Positions 1 to 8,991 of a stretch of DNA of 64,000 bases are shown piece after piece. The DNA is taken from the NCBI GenBank assembly GCA_017460175.1, contig JAFUBO010000003.1, positions 96,651 to 160,650 on the forward strand, written 5' to 3'. Each line of letters opens with the position of its first letter. Position 1 is the stretch's first letter. The DNA comes from Bacilli bacterium (GTDB taxonomy: Bacteria; Bacillota_I; Bacilli_A; RF39; UBA660). A program made the translations under genes and the position numbers. The notes beneath the pieces are model-generated. The model had not been told where the DNA came from. It worked only from the letters and a program-made list of their open reading frames with translations, and did no database searches.

Positions 1-2
1 AT

Positions 3-371
3 CAATTATTAAATGCAATTACTGGTAGTGTTTGTAATTTACTTGGATTAATTGCTTTTGTTTTAATTTATTTATTTGATGCTTTAAAGAAAAAGAAAAA
101 AGTATTAATAACTATACTAATTCCTATTCTTTTAGTTATATCTTTTATTACATTTGAAAATATATATTCAATATTTCCTATAATTGCTTCAGTTGTGGTT
201 ATTATTTCATTTTTAACTGATGATGAAGATTTAATAAGAAGAATAGGTATAATTGCAGCAATATGTTGGTTAATATATGCAATTGTTTATAAATCTTATG
301 TGGCAATTGTATTTGAAGTTATTACATTGATTGTAGTAGTTATAGCTTATATAAAAAGAAGGAAAAAGTAA
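3..371 (+). CDS. YgjV-family inner membrane protein (5'-truncated by window edge)
   Basis: My translation of frame 3 is open from 3 to TAA at 369-371: QLLNAITGSVCNLLG...IFPIIASVV...LIRRIGIIAAICWLIYAIVYKSYVAIVFE. Hydrophobic pattern resembles YgjV family. Not in ORF track. Confidence 0.6.
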   Translation, partial: QLLNAITGSVCNLLGLIAFVLIYLFDALKKKKKVLITILIPILLVISFITFENIYSIFPIIASVVVIISFLTDDEDLIRRIGIIAAICWLIYAIVYKSYVAIVFEVITLIVVVIAYIKRRKK

Positions 372-373
372 TT

Positions 374-1498
374 ATGGAAAAGAAGAAGATTAAAATTAAA
401 CCTAAAGCATTAACTATTTTTAAAATACTAGGAGTTATTTTTTGTATATTTTTAGGGTTGTTCTTATTTTATTTGAAACAGATAAATGATATAACTAAGT
501 TAGGTTATAGTAAAGAAGCTAGTAAAAATATTTTATTTTCGTTTAAGAAAGATTATATTTTAAAAATAGGTGAAAATAAAACTATTAATAGGGCTTTTGA
601 GAGTAAGGATTATATTGAAGATAATTTAGATAATTATCGTAAAGTTAAATATGTAAATCATAAAGATTTAATTTCTAATATTAATAAAGCTTTGGAAGTA
701 GGATATAAACCTAATGATATTAATATAATATTTAGTCATGGTGATAATGAAAGCGTTAAAAGGTTTTTAAAAAGAGATAAAGTTAAGTATTTAGAAGAAT
801 TTTTTATTGTAGATTATGCTAAACTTGATAATTATGATAGATATTTAAAGTATGCTGATGATACAGGAGAAGATGAAGAAACTACTGTTTTATGTGTTAA
901 TTTAGATATGGATAAAGAAGATTATGCAGATGCTAAATTAGTAGATAAATTTTCTATAGATATGCTTGTAAATAAACATAGGTATTTAGATGAAAAATTT
1001 GAGCCAAATGATTTAATGAATATTCCAAGTGAATATGCATCAGAAGAAGATCTACAAAGTAGTAGGATTGCATTTAATGCTTTTAAGAAGATGAGTGAAG
1101 CTGCGAAAAAAGATGGATGTGAAATAGTTATTAATTCTGCTTATAGAAGTTATCAAGATCAAGTTGATATAGGTAATTATTATTTGAAATGGTATGGACA
1201 AAGTTATGTAGATAAATATGTGGCTAAGCCTGGTTATTCTGAACATCAAACTGGACTTGCTTATGATATTGGTAGTAAAAAAGTTAATATCTTTGCTAAT
1301 TCAAAGGAATATAATTGGATGCAAGAACATGCATATGAATATGGTTTTATTGAGAGATTTACTAAGAGATATGAAAAAATTACAGGTTTTAGAATGGAAC
1401 CATGGCATTATAGATATGTAGGAAAGGATATAGCAAAATATATTCATGAAAACAATATTTCCTTTGAAGAATACTATGCCGTTTATTTAGATAAATAG
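374..1498 (+). CDS. Membrane-anchored M15B (VanY/LdcB-like) Zn peptidoglycan carboxypeptidase
   Basis: N-terminal TM; SAYRSY..Q, PGYSEHQTGLAYD and EPWHYRYVG motifs of M15B peptidases. Confidence 0.9.
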   Translation: MEKKKIKIKPKALTIFKILGVIFCIFLGLFLFYLKQINDITKLGYSKEASKNILFSFKKDYILKIGENKTINRAFESKDYIEDNLDNYRKVKYVNHKDLISNINKALEVGYKPNDINIIFSHGDNESVKRFLKRDKVKYLEEFFIVDYAKLDNYDRYLKYADDTGEDEETTVLCVNLDMDKEDYADAKLVDKFSIDMLVNKHRYLDEKFEPNDLMNIPSEYASEEDLQSSRIAFNAFKKMSEAAKKDGCEIVINSAYRSYQDQVDIGNYYLKWYGQSYVDKYVAKPGYSEHQTGLAYDIGSKKVNIFANSKEYNWMQEHAYEYGFIERFTKRYEKITGFRMEPWHYRYVGKDIAKYIHENNISFEEYYAVYLDK

Positions 1499-1520
1499 GA
1501 AAGAAATTTCCTTTTTTTTT
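1497..1520 (+). terminator. Intrinsic terminator
   Basis: AGGAAA-GAAA-TTTCCT hairpin followed by a T run. Confidence 0.75.
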
Positions 1521-1578
1521 CTTTCAATATTTCCTTATTTATGATATTATGTTAATAGAGTATAAGAGGGTGTTTAGT

Positions 1579-3999
1579 ATGTATCCACTTGGAAAGCAAT
1601 TTGAAGTAGATTATACAAAGGCTAAGAGTGATAGTAAATCGATAATACAAGGTTCTAATTATAGAATTTCTGTGATTACAGAACGTGTTGTTAGACTTGA
1701 ATTTTCTCTTAGTGGACAATTTAATGATAGGCCAACACAACTTATTAAAAGAAGAAATGTTGGTCTACCTAATTTTTCTGTGCGTCAAGATTCTTCAATT
1801 GTGGAGATTACTACTAAATATTTTTCATTAACATATATTAAGGGTCAACCTTTTGTGGGAACTAAAATTGATCCTATGAAAAATTTAAAGATAACACTAT
1901 TATCTCGTGAAAGAGATAGAAATAAAGATTGGTACGTAGGACATCCTGAAGTAAGAAATATGTTAGGTAATATGGTAAGTATCGATATAAATGCATCAAC
2001 AACTTTACAAAAAGGGTTATATTCATTAGATGGATTTTGTTCTATTGATGATTCTAATAGTAAGGTTATTATGGAAGATGGAACATTGGGAAATCCAATT
2101 AGTGATCATTTAGATATTTATGTATTTATGTATGATAGAGATTTTAGACAAGCTCTATTTGATTATTTTAAGATAACTGGTGCTCCAGCATTGATACCTC
2201 GATATGCACTAGGTAATTGGTGGAGTAGAAATACTAATTATGATGATAATGGTGTTAATGATTTAATAAAGAATTTTGAAAGAAAAAAAATACCTATTTC
2301 GGTATTATTATTTGATCATGATTGGCATATTAGAAATATAGGAGATAATAAGAATTTAAAAACAGGTTTTACTTTTAATTCTGAATTATTTCCAAATCCT
2401 ATGAATACTATTGATAAACTTCATAAAAGGGGTATTCGAGTAGGTTTATGTGTTAATCCAACAAATGGAATATATCCTCATGAACAATACTATAAGCAGG
2501 CAAGTGAATATTTACAAGTACAGGCTAATAGTATTATTAAGTTTGATCCATTGAATCCAAAGCTTTTAGATGTTTTATTTAAAATGTTTATACATCCATT
2601 AGAAGCATTAGGTGTGGATTTCTTTTGGAATGATTCTAATGGTGATAATGATGTAACTAAGTTATGGGCGCTTAATCATTATATGTATCTTGATTCTGGA
2701 AGAAATAATAATAAACGTGCTTTATTATTATCACGTAGTGGTCTTTCTGCGCCTCATAGATATCCTGTATTATATGGTGGAAGTAGTGAAATAAGTTGGG
2801 AAAAACTAAAAGAATTACCTTTTCTTTATTTAAATGCAGCTAATATTGGTGTTAGTTGGTGGAGTCATGATGTAGGTGGTAATCATGGTGGTATTGAAGA
2901 TGGTGAATTATATCTTAGATATATCCAACTATCAACATTTGGACCTATTTTAAGATTTCATAGTGCACGCGGAAGATATTATAAAAAAGAACCATGGTTA
3001 TGGGATGCTAAAACAGAAAATATTGCCGCTCATTATTTAAGACTTCGTCATAGGCTAATACCATATTTATATACAGAAGGTTATAATTATACAAAAAGTG
3101 GAACTCCACTTATTCAACCATTTTATTATAATTATATGTGGGTTTATGATGATTCATTATATCGTAATCAATATTACTTGGGATCACAGTTATTAGTATG
3201 TCCAATATTAGAACCAAAAGATCCTGTAATGAATCGTACAATTCATAGATTCTTTGTACCAGATGGTACATGGTATGACTTTGTTACTGGTAAAAAGTTT
3301 CCTGGTAATAAGAAATATGTTTCATTCTTTAAAGAAGATGATTATCCAGTATTTGCACATTCTGGATCAATTATACCTTTCTCTAATAGAAGTGATTATA
3401 ATAATATAGGTTTACCAACTGATCTAGAAATACAAATATTTCCTGGAGCAAGTAATACTTATACTTTATATGAAGATGATGGAATTACTTCATTATATAA
3501 GGAAGGTTATTATTTAAAAACATCAATAGACTACAATTATTTAAGAAATAATTATACTGTTATTATACGTTCTATTGATGGTAAAAGTGGAATAGCTCCA
3601 GAAAAAAGAAATTATAAGATGGTATTTAGAAATACAAAGCAGGCAGATGATGTTACTGTATATTTTAATGCTGAAAAATTACAATCTGAAAACTATATAG
3701 ATGGTAATGACTTTATAGTAGAAGTTAAAAATGTTCCAACTATTGGGCAATTAACTATAAATTGTAAGGGTAAGGACATAGAAATAGATGCGGTAAGACT
3801 TATTAATGATGATATTGATAGTATCTTAATGGACTTAAAGATTGATACTTATTTAAAAGAAGAAATTGCTTCTATTATATTTGGAGAACTACCAATTAAT
3901 AAGAAAAGAATTGCAATTCGTAAATTGAAGAAAAAAGGATTATCAAAGGAATATATTAACTTATTCTTGAAATTATTAGAGTATATTAATGAATTTTAG
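1579..3999 (+). CDS. Glycoside hydrolase family 31 (alpha-glucosidase/xylosidase-like), cytoplasmic
   Basis: YALGNWWSR, DHDWH, DFFWND (nucleophile), WWSHDVGG (acid/base), RYIQLSTFGPILRFHS. Start moved to ATG 1579 behind an AGAGGG SD. Confidence 0.9.
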   Translation: MYPLGKQFEVDYTKAKSDSKSIIQGSNYRISVITERVVRLEFSLSGQFNDRPTQLIKRRNVGLPNFSVRQDSSIVEITTKYFSLTYIKGQPFVGTKIDPMKNLKITLLSRERDRNKDWYVGHPEVRNMLGNMVSIDINASTTLQKGLYSLDGFCSIDDSNSKVIMEDGTLGNPISDHLDIYVFMYDRDFRQALFDYFKITGAPALIPRYALGNWWSRNTNYDDNGVNDLIKNFERKKIPISVLLFDHDWHIRNIGDNKNLKTGFTFNSELFPNPMNTIDKLHKRGIRVGLCVNPTNGIYPHEQYYKQASEYLQVQANSIIKFDPLNPKLLDVLFKMFIHPLEALGVDFFWNDSNGDNDVTKLWALNHYMYLDSGRNNNKRALLLSRSGLSAPHRYPVLYGGSSEISWEKLKELPFLYLNAANIGVSWWSHDVGGNHGGIEDGELYLRYIQLSTFGPILRFHSARGRYYKKEPWLWDAKTENIAAHYLRLRHRLIPYLYTEGYNYTKSGTPLIQPFYYNYMWVYDDSLYRNQYYLGSQLLVCPILEPKDPVMNRTIHRFFVPDGTWYDFVTGKKFPGNKKYVSFFKEDDYPVFAHSGSIIPFSNRSDYNNIGLPTDLEIQIFPGASNTYTLYEDDGITSLYKEGYYLKTSIDYNYLRNNYTVIIRSIDGKSGIAPEKRNYKMVFRNTKQADDVTVYFNAEKLQSENYIDGNDFIVEVKNVPTIGQLTINCKGKDIEIDAVRLINDDIDSILMDLKIDTYLKEEIASIIFGELPINKKRIAIRKLKKKGLSKEYINLFLKLLEYINEF

Positions 4000-4008
4000 G
4001 AGGTTTAT

Positions 4009-4713
4009 ATGAAAAAGATTTATATAGAGCAATTAAAAAATTTTAAAGATGCGATGATAATTAATCATTTAGCTGAATTAGATTTAGATAATAGTTTAGA
4101 GTTTTATAATTCAATGTTAAAAGAAATATTTAATGGCTCTTTTAATGATATATTTATTTCAGATAATTTAGATGATGATAATAAATATGAAATATTGGAT
4201 TTAGTTCAACAGTATAGTTCATTATGTTTTTATTTAGGAGAGTTTGATAATTGGACTGATTCTATAGAAGGAGTATCTTTATCTGATTTAGATTTAATTA
4301 CAATCAAGTTATTGGATAATTATGATTTTTTAATTAAAATAGCAAAAGATGGTGGAGAAACTGCTTTAAAATTTTTAACTTTATTTCAAGGAACTGATTT
4401 ATTTCAAAAAGGTTCTATAATAGCTGTACTTAGAAATATGTTTTATAATGATGATATATTAGAAGATATAATAATTGATATGGCTAATGTAGATGGTACT
4501 TATAAAGATTTTAGTGATAAGCAAAAGTTAGTTTTATGTAATTATCCAGAAGGTGTATTATATGAAATTAAATCTAATAATGTTAATAAGATAGATGTAA
4601 ATAAGTTAATTAACCGTATAGGTGATGATTTAAAAGATTTTGATATAACTGATTTTAAAGAAGTAATAGAAGATATATACACTAAATATCAAGAAGAACA
4701 TTATTATAAATAA
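4009..4713 (+). CDS. Hypothetical acidic protein, probably co-transcribed with GH31
   Basis: AGGAGG SD, 9 nt after GH31 stop; no motif recognised. Confidence 0.75.
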   Translation: MKKIYIEQLKNFKDAMIINHLAELDLDNSLEFYNSMLKEIFNGSFNDIFISDNLDDDNKYEILDLVQQYSSLCFYLGEFDNWTDSIEGVSLSDLDLITIKLLDNYDFLIKIAKDGGETALKFLTLFQGTDLFQKGSIIAVLRNMFYNDDILEDIIIDMANVDGTYKDFSDKQKLVLCNYPEGVLYEIKSNNVNKIDVNKLINRIGDDLKDFDITDFKEVIEDIYTKYQEEHYYK

Positions 4714-4746
4714 AAAGTAAATTTTTCTTTGAAATTTTTAGTTTTG

Positions 4747-4755
4747 TGTTATAAT
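4747..4755 (+). promoter_or_regulatory. Extended -10 SigA promoter of the Leu T-box operon
   Basis: TGtTATAAT directly upstream of the T-box leader; TTGAAA at 4729-4734 is only 15 nt away. Confidence 0.6.
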
Positions 4756-4769
4756 ATACATATATTTTG

Positions 4770-4959
4770 TGATGAAAAAGAAGTAGTAGTAAATTGATTT
4801 ATTTTAGAGAGTCTATGGTTGGTGAAAATAGATATAAGTTATTTATGAACTTGTCTTTGGAGCAAATGGGTAATTCCGTTATAGATTTTTGAGGTAAGGC
4901 AACTTACGAATTAAGGTGGTACCACGAGAACTTCGTCCTTAGGATGAAGTTCTTTTTTT
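4770..4959 (+). ncRNA. T-box riboswitch, Leu specifier (CUU)
   Basis: AGAGAG and GGTTGGTGAAA stem I motifs; GAA-CTT-G specifier at 4850-4852; GTAAG-GCAA-CTTAC stem III; T-box AATTAAGGTGGTACCACG 4909-4926; terminator AGAACTTCGTCC-TTA-GGATGAAGTTCT plus T run. 5' boundary approximate. Confidence 0.92.
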
Positions 4960-4968
4960 GGAGGTTTT

Positions 4969-5352
4969 ATGAGTAAAATTATAGAAGGAATAATCTTATT
5001 TATATTTTCATTTGTATTAATTTTTATACTTTATCAACTTTTTATAGTTAGAAGGGCTAAAAGTAAAAGAAAAGCTAAAGAACCATTTGAAGTTAGTTAT
5101 TTAGTTAATAGGTATAAATTAGATTTAAAGAAAATTAATTATAATAAATTACTTAGAATAGTATCATTGGTATCTTCTTTTGATATTGCCTTAGTTGTTT
5201 TAATTATAATTGTAATCAATAATTTTTATTTAGAAATTATAGTGGGATTTATTTCTATGATATTAATTATATTAATTAGTTATCATTTAGTTTATTTAGG
5301 TTATAAAAGGAAAGGAATGATTAAAAATGAATCAAAAAGAAATAGAGGCTAA
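4969..5352 (+). CDS. Small ~3-TM membrane protein of unknown function, first gene under the Leu T-box
   Basis: GGAGG SD right after the T-box terminator; hydrophobic segments; 3' end overlaps leuS start by 26 nt. Confidence 0.8.
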   Translation: MSKIIEGIILFIFSFVLIFILYQLFIVRRAKSKRKAKEPFEVSYLVNRYKLDLKKINYNKLLRIVSLVSSFDIALVVLIIIVINNFYLEIIVGFISMILIILISYHLVYLGYKRKGMIKNESKRNRG

Positions 5353-7732
5353 ATGGCAAAAATATTGGGAGGATAATAAAACTTTTAAAGCAGAAACAGG
5401 AAGTGATAAGAAGCCATATTATATTTTAGTAGAATTTCCTTATCCATCTGGTAGTGGGTTACATGTAGGTCACGTTAGAAGTTATACTGCACAAGATGCA
5501 ATAGCTAGAATGATGAGAATGCAAGGATATAATGTATTATATCCAATGGGATATGATGCATTTGGAGCTCCAGCTGAAGAGTATGCAATTAAGACTCATC
5601 AACATCCTAAAAATGTTGTAGAGCAAAATATAAAAGTATTTGGTAGACAAATGAGATCTTTAGGTTTTTCATTTGATTGGTCTAGAGAATTTTCAACAAC
5701 AGATCCAGAATATTATAAATGGACTCAATGGCAATTTATTCAATTTTTTAAACATGATATGGCTTATAAAGCTACTACTAAAGTAAATTGGTGTCCTAAA
5801 TGTAAGATGGTTTTATCTAATGAAGATGCAGCTGGTGGAGTATGTGAAAGATGTGGAAGTGAAGTTGAACAAAGAGAAAAGAGTCAATGGATGCTTAAGA
5901 TGGCATCATACTCTGAAGATTTGTTAAAGGGTCTTGATGATACAAACTTTGCAGAACGTGTTAAGCTTGGCCAAATCAATTGGATTGGTAAGAGTGAAGG
6001 CGTTGAGATGGATGTAGATATAGTTGGAGGAGGAAAATTCTCTATATTTACTACATGTATTGAAACTGTTTATGGTATTACTTTCTTTGTAATTGCTCCT
6101 GATGGGAAACTTATTAAAGAATTAATGCCAAGAGTAGAAAATAAGGAAGAAGTAGAAGCATATATTAAAGAAACATCTAAGAAGAGTGCAATGGATAGAA
6201 CTGAACTTAATAAAGGTAAGACTGGTGTTGAAGTTAAGGGAGTTAAAGCAATTAATCCAATTAATGGACGTGAAGTACCAATATTCTTAGGTGACTTTGT
6301 ATTAGGAGATTATGGAACAGGTGCGGTTATGGCAGTTCCTGCACATGACCAAAGAGATTATGAATATGCTAAAGTTCATAACTTAGATATAGTTCAAGTA
6401 ATCGAAGGTGATATAAAAGAAAAAGCTTTTGAAAAACATGATTATTTAGGTAAAGGTATTAAGTTGATGAATTCAGAAGAATTCACTGGATTAACTGTAG
6501 AAGAAGCAAAAGATGCTATTACTAAAAAACTTGAAGGAATGGGCATTGCAAGACGTGTCAATAATTATAAAATGAGAGACTGGGTATTTGGTAGACAAAG
6601 ATTCTGGGGAGAACCAATTCCAATGATTAATTGTCCAGAATGTGGTTGGGTTCCTGTACCTGAAGAAGACTTACCAGTACTACTTCCAGATGTTGCTGAG
6701 TACGAGCCTACTGACACTGGAGAAAGTCCATTAGCTAAAATAGAAGAGTTTGTTAATTGTAAATGTCCTAAATGTGGAAGAGACGCAAAACGTGAGACTG
6801 ATACAATGCCTCAATGGGCAGGTTCATCTTGGTACTTTTTAAGATTTATGGATCCTAAAAATGATAAAGAGTTTGCTAGCATGGACGCTATGAGATATTG
6901 GAATAGAGTAGATTGGTATAATGGTGGTATGGAACATACTGCAAGACACTTATTATATGCAAGATTCTGGGTACAATTCCTATATAATATTGGATTAGTT
7001 CCACATAAAGAAATGATTTGGACAAGAGTAAGCCATGGTATGGTACTTGGTAGTGATGGTGTTAAAATGAGTAAATCAAAAGGAAATGTAATTAACCCTG
7101 ATGATATAGTTAATGAATTTGGTGCAGATACACTTCGTACTTATGAAATGTTTATGGGAGATTATCAAATGGATGCACCATGGAGTACCGATTCATTAAA
7201 AGGTTGTAAGAGATTTTTGGATAAAGTAGCTAGATTAATAGATAAAGTAAATGAAACGTCTGGATTTACTGAGAGTTTGGAATCTATTCAAAATAAAACT
7301 ATTAAAAAGATTGAGTATGATTTAACTCATATGGGTTATAATACTGCAATATCTAGTTTAATGATTTTAACTAATGCTTATGATGATTTAGATTCTATTA
7401 CTAAAGATGATTATCATTTGTTACTTCAATTATTAAATCCAATTGCTCCTCACATAACTGAAGAGTTAAATGAAAAAATTGGATATAGTCCAATATGTGA
7501 ATCCGTTTGGCCTAAATATGATGAATCTAAAACTATTGAAACAGTTAAAGAAATAGCTGTTCAAGTTAATGGAAAAGTACGTGGTACTATTGAAGTTCAC
7601 GTAGAAGATGATGATAATTCTATTAAAGAAAAAGCTATGGAAAATGATAATGTTAAGAAACATATTGAAGGACATGAAATAGTTAAAGTAATAGTAATTA
7701 AAGGAAAAATAGTAAATATCGTTGTAAAATAA
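5327..7732 (+). CDS. leuS: Leucine--tRNA ligase
   Basis: FPYPSGSGLHVGH (HIGH), KMSKS, editing-domain GTGAVMAVPAHDQRD; Leu T-box upstream. Confidence 0.98.
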   Translation: MNQKEIEAKWQKYWEDNKTFKAETGSDKKPYYILVEFPYPSGSGLHVGHVRSYTAQDAIARMMRMQGYNVLYPMGYDAFGAPAEEYAIKTHQHPKNVVEQNIKVFGRQMRSLGFSFDWSREFSTTDPEYYKWTQWQFIQFFKHDMAYKATTKVNWCPKCKMVLSNEDAAGGVCERCGSEVEQREKSQWMLKMASYSEDLLKGLDDTNFAERVKLGQINWIGKSEGVEMDVDIVGGGKFSIFTTCIETVYGITFFVIAPDGKLIKELMPRVENKEEVEAYIKETSKKSAMDRTELNKGKTGVEVKGVKAINPINGREVPIFLGDFVLGDYGTGAVMAVPAHDQRDYEYAKVHNLDIVQVIEGDIKEKAFEKHDYLGKGIKLMNSEEFTGLTVEEAKDAITKKLEGMGIARRVNNYKMRDWVFGRQRFWGEPIPMINCPECGWVPVPEEDLPVLLPDVAEYEPTDTGESPLAKIEEFVNCKCPKCGRDAKRETDTMPQWAGSSWYFLRFMDPKNDKEFASMDAMRYWNRVDWYNGGMEHTARHLLYARFWVQFLYNIGLVPHKEMIWTRVSHGMVLGSDGVKMSKSKGNVINPDDIVNEFGADTLRTYEMFMGDYQMDAPWSTDSLKGCKRFLDKVARLIDKVNETSGFTESLESIQNKTIKKIEYDLTHMGYNTAISSLMILTNAYDDLDSITKDDYHLLLQLLNPIAPHITEELNEKIGYSPICESVWPKYDESKTIETVKEIAVQVNGKVRGTIEVHVEDDDNSIKEKAMENDNVKKHIEGHEIVKVIVIKGKIVNIVVK

Positions 7733-7755
7733 GGAGATTTTCTCCTTATTTTTTT
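7730..7755 (+). terminator. leuS terminator
   Basis: TAAGGAGA-TTT-TCTCCTTA hairpin plus T run. Confidence 0.8.
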
Positions 7756-7782
7756 GACTTTTAATAAGAAGCATGTTATAAT
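7754..7782 (+). promoter_or_regulatory. SigA promoter of the Fic gene
   Basis: TTGACT-17 nt-TATAAT with TG extension. Confidence 0.8.
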
Positions 7783-7807
7783 AACGCATGTTTACGGAGG
7801 GGTTTAT

Positions 7808-8719
7808 ATGAGTGAACAAGCTATAAGAGAAAGACAAATTATTCAATATGTATTAGAAAAAGCAGGAGTTAATATTCCGTTTATTATTAAAGAAGCATTT
7901 TTAGGATATAAATATCGTAAAAAGAATAAGATTTTATATGAAGATGATGCTAGTGTAGCTACTGAACTTATTAGAATGTATTATGCTTTAAATCCTGGAG
8001 AAATTGAGTTTGATAACTTAAGAAAAAGTTTTATTAAGAAGTATGTTAAAAATGAAAGTGAAATTGAAGGAGTTAATGACTTGGATATTCATGGAAAACA
8101 AGAAATAGCTGGTCTTCAAGATATGTATGAGTATTTATTTTCAGATAATTTAAAAGAAAATTTTAACATTTATACTTTATGTGATTTAAATAAAAAATTA
8201 TTTTCATATGCACCATTTCCTGAATATGCTGGAGAATATCGTACTCATGATGCTTATTTACCAGGTACAGGTGTACCATTAAGTGAATGGAGATATATAT
8301 TTAGAGAAATTAGAGAATTATCTCCAATTATTGATCATTTATTGGATAGAGCTCAATTGGTAAAAGAATTATGTGATTCAGATGAGTTATTAAAATTCTT
8401 AGATGCTTGTGTTGAATTAGAAGTGGCATTAATTAAAATTCATCCATTTCCAGATGGTAATGGTAGGACAGTAAGAGCTTTTATTAATAAGTTATTAAGT
8501 GATGCAGGACTTCCTGCTATATATATTAAATCTAATGAAAGAACTGAATATCATAATGCGATGAATGATGCATTAATTAATGAAGATTATACTCATATTA
8601 AATCTTTCTATCGTTATAAAGTTTGTGATTCTATTATAGAGTTAGATATTAATGATAGATTAAAGAAAGAAAAAGATGAAAAACCTAAACAAAAGAAAAA
8701 AACAGATGATTTAAAATAA
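7808..8719 (+). CDS. Fic-domain protein (putative AMPylase)
   Basis: Canonical HPFPDGNGRTVR motif; N-terminal ESEIEG resembles the inhibitory helix. Start moved to ATG 7808 behind GGAGG. Confidence 0.92.
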   Translation: MSEQAIRERQIIQYVLEKAGVNIPFIIKEAFLGYKYRKKNKILYEDDASVATELIRMYYALNPGEIEFDNLRKSFIKKYVKNESEIEGVNDLDIHGKQEIAGLQDMYEYLFSDNLKENFNIYTLCDLNKKLFSYAPFPEYAGEYRTHDAYLPGTGVPLSEWRYIFREIRELSPIIDHLLDRAQLVKELCDSDELLKFLDACVELEVALIKIHPFPDGNGRTVRAFINKLLSDAGLPAIYIKSNERTEYHNAMNDALINEDYTHIKSFYRYKVCDSIIELDINDRLKKEKDEKPKQKKKTDDLK

Positions 8720-8731
8720 TCATCTGTTTTT
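8697..8731 (+). terminator. Terminator overlapping the Fic stop codon
   Basis: AAAACAGATGATT...AATCATCTGTTTT inverted repeat. Confidence 0.75.
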
Positions 8732-8778
8732 CTACATATTTTTTAATTATTAATATTTATACTAGTATTGGTGAAATT

Positions 8779-8955
8779 ATGAAAGTAAAAATATTTGATT
8801 ATGAAGATGAGATTGATTTAGAGGAAGATATTAATGATTTTATAAATAATAATAATATAGAGGTTATTGATATTAAATATCAAGTGAGTGTAGGGGTATT
8901 TAGTGAGGAACAAGTATTTTGTTTTTCGGGAATGATTATTTATATAGAGAAATAA
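8779..8955 (+). CDS. cse60: Sporulation protein Cse60 (DUF2758)-like, 58 aa
   Basis: My translation: MKVKIFDYEDEIDLEEDINDFINNNNIEVIDIKYQVSVGVFSEEQVFCFSGMIIYIEK; matches the recalled Cse60 pattern (VKIFD..E.DLE..IN.F...IDIKY...FS.MIIY); GGTGA SD; near murJ as in B. subtilis. Not in ORF track. Confidence 0.8.
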   Translation: MKVKIFDYEDEIDLEEDINDFINNNNIEVIDIKYQVSVGVFSEEQVFCFSGMIIYIEK

Positions 8956-8991
8956 TCATCTTTTTTATGATATAATATAATAGTGATGAAT

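Noticed and set aside
374-1498. VanY as evidence of a vancomycin-resistance cluster
   Set aside because: No vanH/A/X/R/S nearby; membrane-anchored M15B peptidases are housekeeping wall enzymes.
7466-7846. Antisense and alternate-frame track ORFs (e.g. 1052, 1218, 1552, 7466, 11302, 13255, 20832, 26148, 26884, 27369, 28182, 28962, 32205, 34150, 36134, 37378, 38645, 40338, 40402, 41163, 43953, 49659, 59117, 60904)
   Set aside because: All overlap well-supported genes, lack SD sequences and have shadow-frame composition.
8735-8766. SigE promoter for cse60
   Set aside because: CATA and TATAC elements are 19 nt apart, too far for the SigE spacer; not supported.
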